64,000 nucleotides of DNA from Haliotis rubra (taxonomy: Eukaryota), in contig NW_025767001.1 in NCBI RefSeq assembly GCF_003918875.1, positions 992,001-1,056,000 of the forward strand, written 5' to 3'. The first letter of the stretch is position 1. The number at the start of each line of letters is the position of its first letter. Of the stretch, positions 51,629-64,000 are shown piece after piece. A program made the translations under genes and the position numbers. Under the pieces are notes generated by a model that saw only the letters and a program-made list of their open reading frames with translations, made no database searches and was not told the origin of the DNA.

Positions 51629-51683
51629 TGAACTTGTTGTTCTATATTTGGCAACCTCTGTCACGTATGGAGCAACTATGTCC
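51629..51683. promoter_or_regulatory. Conserved 55-bp block, putative core promoter/enhancer (paralog 63747-63801)
   Basis: 54/55 identical between otherwise diverged duplicates; minus-strand TACGTG, GTTGCC/GTTGCT half-sites and TATA-like motif. Confidence 0.4.
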
Positions 51684-51946
51684 ACGACTTGGTTCCTGAG
51701 TAAGGCGTCGACACTCACATCGGTATGGACGATGACAGTTCGTAATTAATAGGGATCCGGTAATGTTAACGTACGATATAGTGAAAACAACTGACTAGCC
51801 TATGCATAACTTCATGTTGGGTGCCATCGGTGGGGCAGGATACGCTCACATTTTGGCGAACACCTGGTATCATAGCTATTTGATAGTGATTCATAAACAC
51901 ATGCTCTGTCATTGTAACTGATCTTGTAAGTTCCGCCGTCATACGA

Positions 51947-52192
51947 CCCGTGAAGGTCCGGGTTAGAATATTGCCCTTCAGTAACCCATGCTTGTCGTAA
52001 GAGGCGACTAACGGGATCGGGTGGTCATGCTCGCCGACTTGGTTGCCACATGTCATCGGTTCCCAACTGCGCAGATCGATGTTCATGCTGTTGATCACTG
52101 GATTGTCTGGTCCAGACTCGATTCTTTACAGATCGACGGTATATAGCTGGACTATTGCTGAGTGCGGCGTAAAACTAAACGCACTCACTCAC
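51947..52192 (+). mobile_element. Family B retroposon, full length, nested in an older family B tail
   Basis: TSD TCCGCCGTCATAC; outer fragment bounded by ATAAACACATGCTC repeats. Confidence 0.9.
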
Positions 52193-53149
52193 TCCGCCGT
52201 CATACAACTGTAATATTGCTGAGTGGGGCGTTAAACAAACAAACAAACAAACAAACAAATAAACACATGCTCATAATATAGTCGGCATTGTACAATCGAC
52301 TCTGCTTTTAGCAGAAATTTCTTGTGGATGTGGAAAGGGTTTTGTCTCTTTTGTTACGTCTATGTCTAGGGCAGTTACCTCTTCACGGTAAAGTGATGGG
52401 TGTCATCTAGTTAATGTGCAACTGACATGTTCACGTAAAGTACAAATGACTGAAAGATATTGACGAAACAATAACAACCCACCGATCTTTAATGAACCAT
52501 GACAGTAATTAATATGTGTCTTTGAAATTATCTATAAACGTCTCCGCAGAGATATGTGTCTTTGTCATATGTAGTGTTTTATTGATCCTAAAGTACTAGC
52601 ACACATAATTGTAACATTATGGTTGAAATGTGTGCACAATAAGGGGAATAACACATTCAACATGATGGCCCACTGGTTTAAGTCACACGTAAATATCTTT
52701 TACTTGTGTAGGCGTGGTGGGGTGTATTGTGTTTTAATGTCACGTTAAGTGATTATTTCACTTACGTGTCAACGTGTATGCGCGCGTACGTGTATTTGTT
52801 TGAGATCTTGCACTAATCCGGCCTTTTCCACATTTTACTTCCTAAGTAGAGACAGGGGGGTAGCCATGTTGTAAAAGAGTTAACTCTTTGATACGAAGGT
52901 ATCAGTTCGATTCACAGCACAAAGTCTGAAATGTCTTGATGTTGTTTAAATGTATGGAAATAATGCTTTCACTTAAAATGCGAAAGCGAATGCGAAGGTG
53001 AATGAAAGCGAATCAATTCCTCCCAATACTACACCATTGGGCCAGATAAACCAGTCATATCTTTATCATACATTGATTCGCATCCATTCCTTCTTAGCAG
53101 ACTTAATGGAAAGAACTGTCATTTAATGTATGATTACAAAAGATCATTT

Positions 53150-54530
53150 ATCTGCAAACACCACAGAATGAAAAATTAGAGTCAGCCATCAAGATCGCCG
53201 TACTGCATCCATTTCTATGCAATATTTGCAAATGTACACATTCATCTGCACTATGTATGTATTTACGGTGGGTGTGTTTTGAAACGTTTAAACGTGGAAA
53301 AAACTGACTTACCAGACATAGAAACGGATATAAAGGCAATGTCAATGTGATAGAGTATGTGTTTCCTGTAGACAAAGCGGTTTGTTCTTTGACTGAATAG
53401 CTTCTCCTCTCCCTGAGGTGATAGTATTGGCCTGAGAGTAATGAGAAACGACGCAATACTGACTTCATCACACAGACAAATTTCATCTTTGATAACTTTT
53501 TTAAAGGCCAATTTGACATTTATATATTTTGCCCCGAAGTAACGTCATTTGAAGTAACATCAGTATAATTTCCAGATGGTCTGGTCATTCTGTGAAGGAC
53601 CTATGAAACAGGCATGGCACAGAAAAGCTGGGGTTCAAAATGTATTTGCTAATATCATCTCTGTCTCACATATGCTAGTCCTCAAATTATCATTCCGTTC
53701 ACATGGATATCAATCCCTCTAGATGTCGAGTTTTGCGGTCAATGGCTATCACAACCTTTTCAATCATGAGAGGTTCAATTTCTTTACAAAGCACAGACAC
53801 GTTGAGAGCACCATGAGCAAAATGCATTGAGTATTGGTTTCCCGTCACAGGCAGTCACATGTAAAGTACATTCTACCCTTTTCCGGGTATTACATTCTAC
53901 CCTTTTCCGGGTAGTTCCACCGGAACCGCAAATTGTACACTGGGAGCACTGACAGTCAACAGCACACCTCGATGTTCAGAGAGTCTTGTGACCACAGGAT
54001 CTTAAAACAGATGACATTTTATCTGATCAATTTTCCTGAAAGATTCGGAATACCAACATTGTAATAGTGAAAGTAAATCTATATTTTTGGACTATAATGT
54101 GTGAAGACTTTTCTCTGTCTGACACTCTCTTGCTTTTGCGTTCTATTTCTAAAAAAGTATCCAATTTACAGTGAAGAGAAGCAGGAAGAAATGTACTATG
54201 TTGATTTTGTATAGGGATTGCTTCCTGAAAAAAGACAAGCGTTAACATCAAGAGTTAAACGCCATGCCCATGAAAGAATAACATCATCAGGCCGTTCTTT
54301 TAGCTTTTGAGTTATGTGGTCGATGGCTATCGCAGCCGTTGCTATCCTGAGAGGTCAAGTTTCTTTACAAAGCTGAAAAACGTTGTAAATACCGACCTAG
54401 ACTAGTTCTTTGTCAGGAACCACTGTCTGAACATGCTGGTCTCATGTGATCTCTGTCGAAATATAGACACGTCAAATATATGTGTGAACAGATAAATATG
54501 ATGTACTAGTACACATTAGGAGGAAATGTA
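53150..54530 (-). pseudogene. Possible decayed F-box/leucine-rich-repeat gene
   Basis: Fragments LFTHIF...MFRQWFL, VKKLDLSG, VKKLNLS, LYHIDIAFISVS, RLNVS and CVHLQILHRNGC in collinear order with many stops. Confidence 0.35.
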
Positions 54531-55151
54531 CAAAGGCGGCTGTATTCATCGTGTTCATTCATTTCGTTTCATACAAGCCATAACATTCGGTAGTGTCGAT
54601 ACAATTCGTTAAAATACAATGAACGTTTTTGCCCACAATGAACTTGCCTTTCATGTCGACAGCCGCACCAATCTCTGTTGTCTACATGTTGTGGTACAAT
54701 CGAGCATGCTCCTACTATAAAGATTCCTCAAAGAGTCATACAGTACATCTAATGCTCAAAAGGGTTTTCGACCAGGGCTACAACATTCAAGTCTTATTTA
54801 TCAGTAAACTTTTCAAAACATTTATGGTAGTGAAGGAGACACATTTTCAAATTTAACGATATCCTATGCAATTCCCTGCTTTCACGTGGATCATAATCCT
54901 GTTCTCGGTGAACAATTGACCAGTCTTTGCGTGTATTTGTAACCGGTGGATACTTGTTACGCTCAGCTGGTACCATCACTATATGAGATTTCTTTAAATG
55001 AGCATCTGATAACGATAAAGTCAGAATAGTACAATAGAAGTGTTCAGCAGAAAATTTTGTTGATTATGGAAAAGATTTTGTCGCTTTTATCTACGAGTTG
55101 TTTTAAACTTACAGTCATCCATCCATAGTGTTTTCAAAACTAATTTTCCCT

Positions 55152-55746
55152 TCCCATCCAATGGAATCTTGGCGGATAATAGGATAATCAAGACTGGTTA
55201 TTCTTTTAGCATCGGCGTGTTTAGTTTCCCAGCCAATTGAATCTTGGCGGATAATACGATCATCGAGACTGGTTAACGTTATTATGTACCTACGGCGAGT
55301 TTAGTTTCCCATCCAATGGAATCTTGGCGGATAATAGGATAATCGAGATTGTTATTCTTTAGCATCAGCGTGTTTAGTTTCCCATCCAATGGAATCTTCT
55401 CGGATAATAGGGTGATCGAGACTGGTTATTCTTTAGCATCAGCGAGTTTAGTTTCCCATCCAATGGAATCTTGGCGGATAATAGGATAATCGAGACTGGT
55501 TATTCTTTAGCATCAGCGAGTTTAGTTTCCCATCCAATGGAATCTTCTCGGATAATAGGGTAATCGAGACTGGTTATTCTTTAGCATCTGCGTGTTTAGT
55601 TTCCCATCCAATGGAATCTTCTCGGATAATAGGGTAATCGAGACTGGTTATTCTTTAGCATCGGCGTGTTTAGTTTCCCATCCAATGGAATCTTCTCGGA
55701 TAATAGGGTGATCGAGACTGGTTATTCTTTAGCATCTGCGTATTTA
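55152..55746. repeat. 74-bp tandem repeat, about 8 copies
   Basis: CCCATCCAATGGAATCTT recurs at 55381, 55455 and 55529. Confidence 0.95.
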
Positions 55747-56449
55747 GCAGAAAGTCCTTACGGCTATGGAAACTATGGGTGTATTACTGTTGATTCGCAC
55801 AGCATTTAAGTTACATCATGGTGTGATGTGCGAGTGACGTTTGTGATGCAGCTCGTCTCACGCTTACCACAACCGAGAAGTTCTCAAACACGGTATTTAT
55901 TATGACATACCTACAACAAATGTGGAGAAGCGACTCTGGCATTCAGATTCTTTTTATATTTCTACCATTCCTAATGCACGGAACCTTTTGGCAATTGGGA
56001 CACCCTTGCTCCTTTGTTTTAAAAAAAATGGGTATCACACGGGATCTCGTTTTCCCGAAGATTAAATTCAAAATATGTTATAGATGCGACAGTTTTCCTG
56101 ATTTGGCATAAATACGAGACAACCAGAGTTTCTATGGTAACGAGATCTAAACCTAAACGCCAAGATTTAGGTTTGTAGAAATTGCATAAAACCATCTCAT
56201 CACTAAATGGTTTTCACGTTATCAACACATTAAGATAAAACTCACAGATGGTTCGATTAAGTGGAATTAACTTTAATCAGATTTTAAGTGCAACTATTGA
56301 TTCCACAGGCAATCAGTAGTCCATACACGATACCGTAGGCGTCCGCAAATCATTTATAGCAACAGCCAGATATACTTCACTGGATGTACGTGCTACCAAT
56401 ACACATTCCCAGAAGAACATGCACAGCCTAAAGAATGGGATAAAGTTTG

Positions 56450-56612
56450 GGTTGGTTGTTTTTATGCTTAACAACATAAGCATCGATCTACACCATTGGG
56501 ATACGATGACATGTGTCAACCTAGTCAGCGAGCCTGTCCACCTGATCCCGTTAGTCGCCTCTTACAACAAGCATGGGCTACTGAAGACAAGTTCTAACCC
56601 GGTTCTTCACGT
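56450..56612 (-). mobile_element. Family B retroposon, 5' part
   Basis: Reverse complement of the family 5' module. Confidence 0.8.
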
Positions 56613-56644
56613 GTTTTTAAAAAAGAAGAAGACAAAAGCCTCAA

Positions 56645-56752
56645 CTTCTTTGAGCGGCATATTAGAATTTGGGAAGTACAATATAGAACAAGCTTTATGG
56701 ATAACAAATTCTTTTATTCGTGAGTGCGACGTTTCGATACAGATTGTCAAGT
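56645..56752 (-). mobile_element. Penelope-like terminal fragment
   Basis: Reverse complement of 40122-40212. Confidence 0.6.
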
Positions 56753-59685
56753 AGGAATGACATATTAACATATTAACATGTTAATATTTTATTATTAACA
56801 TATTAACAAAATGGTCATCTCTTCCTAACAATGATGTCACATCATTTGGAGGCATTAGAGAAATGCGACAATTTAACTGAACCGTCAAATTAAGATATGT
56901 TATATGCTTTTTGCTTCAATAATCTTTTTCTGTGAAGAAAGTTAAGACATAACTAAATAGTAAAAGTAAGGTATGTGATATGTAACTACTATAGTTAAAT
57001 GAAAACATATATTCAACCATAGTTGTGATTCAGAGGAACACATCGGAAATGCAGTCGATCACAATTGTTCTATAAAGAAGTATATAAAGACATTACAAAA
57101 TGCGACAAACCTGGTCATCCAGTCTTTACAACGATGTCATTTTAATGGGAGGCATCAGAAAGAGACGACAATTTACCTGAACTGTCAGAATTAAGATATG
57201 TGATATGCTTTTACTTTCTCGATTTCGCACCCAAATCTGACGTCAACAGAATAACTAGCGTTATGGTTCAATTACACCACTTAAAGGTATCTGCGTTTAT
57301 GTCAGGCAAACCGCAGGAAATTACAAGATTGATTGGAACAAGCAGAATCATTTGTATCTTTGATTAGGATTTTACTGTTTTGGGATTTGACATTTATCAA
57401 ACTGGTTATCTTTGGCGATTTAGTTGTGGCACAATCTTACGTTATCTGTTGTATCTTTTGGGGTATTGTTTTCACAAATTGATTCTAATAGGAGTTGGGA
57501 GATTATTTACATTGTGATAGAAAGTGGTCTTTTGATCATAATATTGGACATATGGACAGGACGAAAACTATATTTTGGTTATATTATATTTCACATCTTG
57601 TCTTAGTGAGTGAATATAGTTTTATGCCATCTTTAGCCGTAAACCAGCAATATATCGGGGGCAGACTTCAGAACTGGGCTTTACACGTTGTATCCAGTGA
57701 CGTGTTAGTAAAAGCGACAAAACTCTTTAAATATTCATAAAATAAAGTCCATTGAACCACTGTAAGAAACATTCAGTCCAATGCGTGAAAAGATAACAGC
57801 TCCGAGCTGACAATGATTATTTGCCAATCCACATACCCAGTATGAAAGACGATCCTTATTAACAATATCGATAACGGCATCAATATTTACTGATAAAATG
57901 AAATCACAAACTATAAAAGGGCAAATATACTACAAAATCAATTTGATTCCTCACATATGCCAGTACTCAAATAATTCTCAGTAATCATGTCAAAAATAAC
58001 CCTTATAAAAATATCGTATTTGGCATTTTGTAAAGATAATGGAAATTGTTTTCTATACAGGTGTGAGATATCTCTACGTTTGAACCTGTTAATACTGTTT
58101 AAACACTATTTCTTCTGAAAAAAATTACAAATGAACTAAACGAATCAATAAGAGAGACATTATTAAAGATTTCTGTGGTTGTGTATAGATCTGCATCTAG
58201 AAAGAGTGGCTTTACGAAATATAAAGATGTAAACCTGTTTATTTCTTGTTGCATCAATGTGAATTAACCAATGTCATTTTGTGAATGTAAGGTTCCAGTT
58301 ATCACTAATCATCACAATTATCACTGAACAACAAGATCTATCCTTGCAGCTTACGTAGTTAATGTATGAGTCAGGGAATTGGTGGTCCACTTGCTTTGCC
58401 AAGTATCGCTCTTTGTAAGATATCAGCAAGATATACCAAGGCAAGGTCAACACAGGTCACGACATCAACTGAGACACTGGTCAAGAAGCAAATCAACGCT
58501 GTTTTCTAGAAGCATAGCAATATAGTCTTTTAAGAAACAACTTGTTGAAGATAAGCAAAGCACAATCTGACTCATTCGTCCTCATTATTGAGATAACAAT
58601 AAATAGTTAACTCTTGCTCATCAATCATTTTAAAGCAGCATGTACATTTATTTGATGTTTCGAAAGGCAACATTGATTCTTACCTACTAGATAGTCCAAG
58701 CACGATTCAAGGGTGAAGAGGCTCTCTCCCTGCTAATGGCCGCATCTGCTCCACACCAGCGCAAAAAGAGCAAGTTGATTTTTAAGTGTATCTTAACGAA
58801 AAGTTTCGATTCGGGAAGTCATGCAGGGTTTGAAAAAATCTGACAAAGCTCTTATTTTCATTTGAAACAAATCAGTTAGGGAGGCGTTTACAACTTGTTC
58901 TATGGAAAAAAAGATATAAATTAAATTCATAAAACCAAAACCCAGGATCAGACCAGGATGTATGGTATCTCTTCACGTCTCCTGCTTTAAGCAGTATATA
59001 CTTCATATATAATTAGGGGGTTCTAATCTACTGAATACTGAACGTATCAATAAGTGACAGGAACGCCATTTGTATGTTTTGTTCTATACTTCTCAGCAAG
59101 ACATGTTCATTTATTATCAAAAACAAGATGGACTGTAATGTGTCAGACGGAGATTGAAAGCGCGGAGTAGTGAGGGTCGGGTTGGATGGGGTTGGGGCCA
59201 GGTGGAGGCGTCGGTTTGAGTTGAGTGGGTAGGGTTCGGCAGGATGGAAAGGAGTGGAGAAGAGCAGGGTCAGGCCGGAATGGACGGTGAGGTCGGCTTG
59301 GAATTGAGTGGAGCGAAGTGGGTCGGTTTGGGGAGAGGGGTACTGTTGGATGGAGCGGAGTAGGGCCGGAGTAATTTGAATGGGTTATGCTGGGGGTGGT
59401 GTGGTAATTTGGTTATGGTAGGGGAGCGTTGATTATGTACAGGTTTGGTGTTTGAGTGACCATGAATCATAATCAAGATTTGCTACAACCAGCGGATCCA
59501 GGTATTCAAAGGGAAATAACTCTATGACAATGAGTTTATTAATACACTCATAACGTGTACACGAAGACGCACATTGCGCTAGTCGTCACGTAGTCTCACG
59601 GCGGTTTAGGATCATCTGGTTGAGAGGTCTGCTTGTGTTTGTGTAATCTCACAAACAGTGATACGTAAATGCTTTCATTTATGAA

Positions 59686-59921
59686 CCCGTGAAGATCCGG
59701 GTTAGAATTGATCTTCAGTAACCCATGCTTGTCGTAAGAGGCGACTAACGGGATCGGGTGGTCAGGCTTGATTTGGTTGACACATATCGTATCCCAATTG
59801 CGTAGAACGATACTCATGCTGTTGATCACTAGATCGTCTGGTCCAGACTCGATTATTTACAGATCGACGCTATATAGCTGGAATATTGCGGCAACTAATT
59901 AACAACTAACCAACCAACCAA
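59686..59921 (+). mobile_element. Family B retroposon, full length
   Basis: CCCGTGAAGATCCGGGTTAG start, (AACC)n tail, TSD CTTTCATTT. Confidence 0.9.
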
Positions 59922-60262
59922 CTTTCATTTCTACATAACACTCGGACGAAATATCACAGCTTATCTTGTTGACATTTCAGCATATAAGCTGTAAATATCG
60001 TATTTCATGTGGCATTTTTCATAAATATCTAACCTTTACAAAAAGCTGTTTGATCTTAAATCAAAATATAACTGACACAATGGATTTGTAAATCGCAAAC
60101 AATATACTAAAAGTATTGATATATCTGTGTATTTATCATATAACACGGCGTATCAAAACAAGTTTGTCTTTAATGAATTATGCTGTGTTGGCGTCTATTT
60201 TCATTGAGCGTAACTTAACAATATGAAACTATTCGTCGTAGGCAAACGGGGGACACGCGAGT

Positions 60263-60606
60263 TATGACAAAGGATTCCTATATTTGATGCATCAGGGATT
60301 TCAACTACTATCCGTGTCCACTAGTGCGTAGAAATTGGTTATCTCCCAATTGACAGACACCCATTTGACAGCCAGCCAGTTGACAGACACTGAACTAGAA
60401 AGTTAAATAGGGTTACACCTTAGGGGTATAATGGAACAGTCCACTGTCCAGTGAGTAGAGTAGGGTGAGCCTGAAACAGGTTCGTTACTGAGAAGTTTGA
60501 TTGTGTGTAAATAGAACTTTGTTGTGATTAAATGATAACCTCTCTTCTCTTCTTAAAATTATTTTTACTATCAATTATTATCGAATATAAAAACAGGTTT
60601 GTCACT
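60263..60606 (+). mobile_element. Possible solo LTR
   Basis: Inverted ends TATGACAAA...TTTGTCACT, near-match 4-bp flanks GAGT/GAGA. Confidence 0.3.
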
Positions 60607-60607
60607 G

Positions 60608-61445
60608 AGAGTTTTCATTGTGTTTATTGATTAAAACATTTTATGCATTCAAGAAAAGGTTTGGGCACAACTTATTCAACTAAGAAAAGCCCTCTCCCAA
60701 AAATAGGATATGTACAACAGAAATTAACTGAGGCACTTTTTGTTTGAGAGATGTAGATAAATGGCAAAGAGATATGTACATATTTGAGAACATTCTGCTT
60801 TTCAGTTAATGAGATACCTGCATTGCCATGAAAGAAAAAGATTAAGACAAGTCAATGTTCTAATTTTAACAATACTTTCTAAAGATTTTAACAGTTTACA
60901 TTAGTAACCAATGGACATTCAAGGAAGTAATGAAAAACATTCTCACATCCATGGACACATTGAAATGATGCGTCACTTTTTATATATTTATTCTAAATAA
61001 ATCATAATTAAGTGTACTCGTCATATATATCTTAATCTTGTGTGCAAAACATTTAACTTCTTTATTCCATGTGAATAATATTTAGGTGCACACTTTTCTT
61101 TCACGTGGATATAAGATTTAAATGATGCAACAGATTTGCAATTCCTAATAGCTATGGGACGATTATTCCATAATTTACGGTCATATTTTAACTGCTGATG
61201 GAATAAAAGATGATGTTGAGTACCTCAGTCTTGTACATGGTTGGCTAAAATTATTGGAGTTTCTTAATTCATAACTTATCTGTTTGCCTACTACAGGTGG
61301 GAGTAAATCCTGAAGAAAAACTGGTGTTGTTCTGTTCAGTCGGAACTTTAATTTCTGAAATGCTCCAATCATTTTAGATGTCATTTTGACAATGTTTTCA
61401 ATATGATGATGCCAACTCCCGTTAGACGAGAAGGTTAAAGCGGAA
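60608..61445 (-). mobile_element. CR1/L2-group LINE 3' fragment
   Basis: LTFSSNGSWHHHIENIVK, YELRNSNN...SSFIPSAVKI and CENVFHYFLECP are typical ORF2 C-terminal motifs; AATAAA near 60625 on the minus strand. Confidence 0.8.
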
Positions 61446-61985
61446 TGTTTATGAAAATCAAGTTTTTATTTTTTTTTTTATTTTTGCAGCAGCATTAAAA
61501 ATTCAAATGTCTTTTCCGCCATCTTTCAAAGTAAATAATACAGCTTCAGTTTTCTTCTTGCGTTCTTATTTGGACTATTCCATTATAATGTGTAGGTAAC
61601 GGGTAGTAGTTAATCTGTTCATTGAACCGTAAATGTTGTTGTTTTAAGGCGTCTGCGAACTGGCTGTCTGCGTAATGGGAGGACACCTAGAAATTCATTG
61701 CCAATCGAAATTCAAAATTTGATGACTAGAGGAAGTAGGCGATGACGGCTGTGATGATTTTTGGCCTATTATAATGCGACAATTCTTGCATGGCCCTCTG
61801 TTTCAAACTTATTTGTTCGCAGGTCCTGCGGACGTAACAATTTAAGTAAAATTAAAATTGTTATTGTAGATGAAAATTCTCACAGAATTGCCAGTGTTCA
61901 GATCAAGATTCAATCCCACTTTCGATATGGTTTATTCCTGTGGCACTGTGAGTTTTGATTCTGCTTTAAGATGACAGTATCAACT

Positions 61986-62462
61986 CAGATCACTCACTCA
62001 CTCACATTAACTGAAGGTTTGGAATCTGAAATTTGGCATCCAATTCATCCACGTAAATGGCTGAAAACAGATAACCTTATTTGTAGATTGGACGTATGTA
62101 CTGCTCATATAATTGCCAGGGATCAAAGATTCGATCAAACTTTCGAAATGGTTTATTCCTATAACTCTTTAAGTTTAACTTAAGCTGACTCACTATCCAA
62201 ATTGTATTAAACCCAGATCACTCACTCACATTAACTGAAGGTTTGGAATCTGAAATTTGGCATCCGATTTATCAACGTAAATAGCTGAGAATATTAACCT
62301 TATTTGAAGATTGGACGTATGTACTTCTCATATAATTGCCAGGGATAAAAGATTCGATCAAACTTTCGAAATGGTTTATTCCTATAACTCTTTCAGTTTT
62401 GCTTATGCATTAAGCTGACAGACTATCCGAATTGTATTAAACCCAGATCACTCACACACTCA
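61986..62462. repeat. Tandem duplication of about 228 bp
   Basis: CAGATCACTCAC...TTAACTGAAGGTTTGGAATCTGAAATTTGGCATCC at about 61986 and 62214. Confidence 0.9.
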
Positions 62463-64000
62463 CGTTAACTGGGATTGTGTAGGTGACGTTGAATACACAC
62501 TGTGACCAAACATCTTCAGTTCATTAGGATATTTCAGTCGGACTGTAATTGATTACTCTCCAGGGTAAATGACAGGCTCTAATTTCAAAGCGTAGTAACA
62601 GTTAAACTTATTGCCCACACACCTGCGGCACAAACTGAGATGGTATGCCCTGTTTTATCAAACAAGACTGAGGGGCGTGTTGTGGAATTAACAAATGCTT
62701 TGGAAACGTGAAAATTGGCTATACCGATAATCCTTTCTACATGTTCACCCATAGCGTTTCCCTTCTTTGGTGTATCGATTCCGTAAAAATGCCAAATTGC
62801 CGACATTGTTGTTGCATGAGGGGAAAATTGCTAAACTATTGTGTCACAACATCGAATACTGACACGTGAAATTTGACTTTAAAAAGTGAGTTTTCTTTAC
62901 CTCGGCTTTGAACAATAGTTTTGGTATATCGTGGAGTGTCATCTAATTGTTAACATGAATGAACACAGTTTACCAAGTTAGAGAAACCAGCTAGATGATG
63001 CACGATCGAAGATCGTAGCCGCCAACTTACGACGTGAACTGATGCTAACAGGATTGTAGCACAACTACAGGATGCAGACTACAGACCTGCTGGTCTCAGA
63101 GAAAGCATGTATAACAGCACTGAATTGTTTTATTCAGATGTATGAATATGTCATCAAGTGAATGCGAAGATGCAACACTTTATGAATTCACAAGATGCAA
63201 TACATTTGTAGTCACCAAGAAAGAAGGTATATTTACCATACACATTATCTAATATTTTCAACAATGCGTTTTAATGAATGATCTGAGTGTCACAACCTAA
63301 CTAATTAATACAATGACAAGTTCTTGAAACAGTTGATGATGTCACCAAAACGGGTATTTATTTCATAGACGGATTTAACATTCCCAAAGTATATACTGAA
63401 TTACTGTATTAGTCATTGAGTTACTGAGATCGATCCGTCTCACATGCATTGTTGATGTACAGAGAATTATTCATGACTGTACTCAGAAATCTTCTGGAAG
63501 TTTCATTATTTGTGGACGAAGCATGTTTGACAAAAACAAGAAGTTGATCATGTGTAAAGTAAAGGAACACCCGATCATATGAAACAGTTTTTGGTCTACA
63601 CATCACAGTGTGCAATACGTACTTCACATTCTGAAAGTCTTTGATACGAAGGATAAAAACCTTGTATGTCCAGGCGTTCTTTGATGAACTACTTAGTACA
63701 AATATACCTCATCACAGTATCAAGAGGGGCACGTTCTCGGCTCCATTGAACTTGTTGTTTTATATTTGGCAACCTCTGTCACGTATGGAGCAACTATGTC
63801 CGCGGCTTTGTCCCTGGTTAAGGAGTTGCCACTCACATTGGTATGGGCGAGGAGAATTAATAGGGATCCAGGATTGTTACTTTCCGAATTATAGGTTTTT
63901 CCGTTTTATTCTACTGGTGAGATGTTTTGCAGTTTGGAGATTGTACAAGATGAACAGCGTGTGATTGGTATTATGTTTAATATCTATCTCTATAAATACA

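Larger units (their letters stand above)
45700..51765 (+). repeat. Segmental duplication, copy 1
   Basis: 45700-47550 aligns with 58535-60245 and 49780-51765 aligns with 61860-63875, collinear and diverged. Confidence 0.85.
58535..63875 (+). repeat. Segmental duplication, copy 2
   Basis: Collinear with 45700-51765; carries its own later insertions. Confidence 0.85.

Overview
AT-rich, gene-poor eukaryotic (metazoan) DNA, not prokaryotic. The SINE complement suggests a mollusc, possibly an abalone-like gastropod (inference, not verified). No intact multi-exon gene can be assembled and most ORFs in the track are spurious translations of repeats. The window is dominated by three short retroposon families: A (about 165 bp, tRNA head, (ACTC)n/(AGTC)n tail), B (about 240 bp, no tRNA head, fixed 5' end CCCGTGAAG with a pseudoknot-like fold, same 3' tail as A) and C (about 350 bp, tRNA head, Meta/MESC-like core). 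It also holds non-autonomous DNA transposons (two Kolobok-like elements, one with a dead THAP domain, plus IS3EU-like and hAT-like MITEs), a mariner relic, L1/Tx1 and CR1/L2 LINE 3' fragments, Penelope-like palindromic ends, four tandem arrays and an old segmental duplication with a 12-13 kb offset. The most interesting items are a 2 kb array of a constant 59-bp repeat with three alternative spacers that grew inside a decayed coding relic, the structured headless family B, a candidate small secreted-peptide exon under a kB/CRE/X-box cluster, a SINE-anchored 220-bp inverted duplication and a 55-bp block conserved between the duplicated segments. All alignments and translations were done by eye; no database search was possible.
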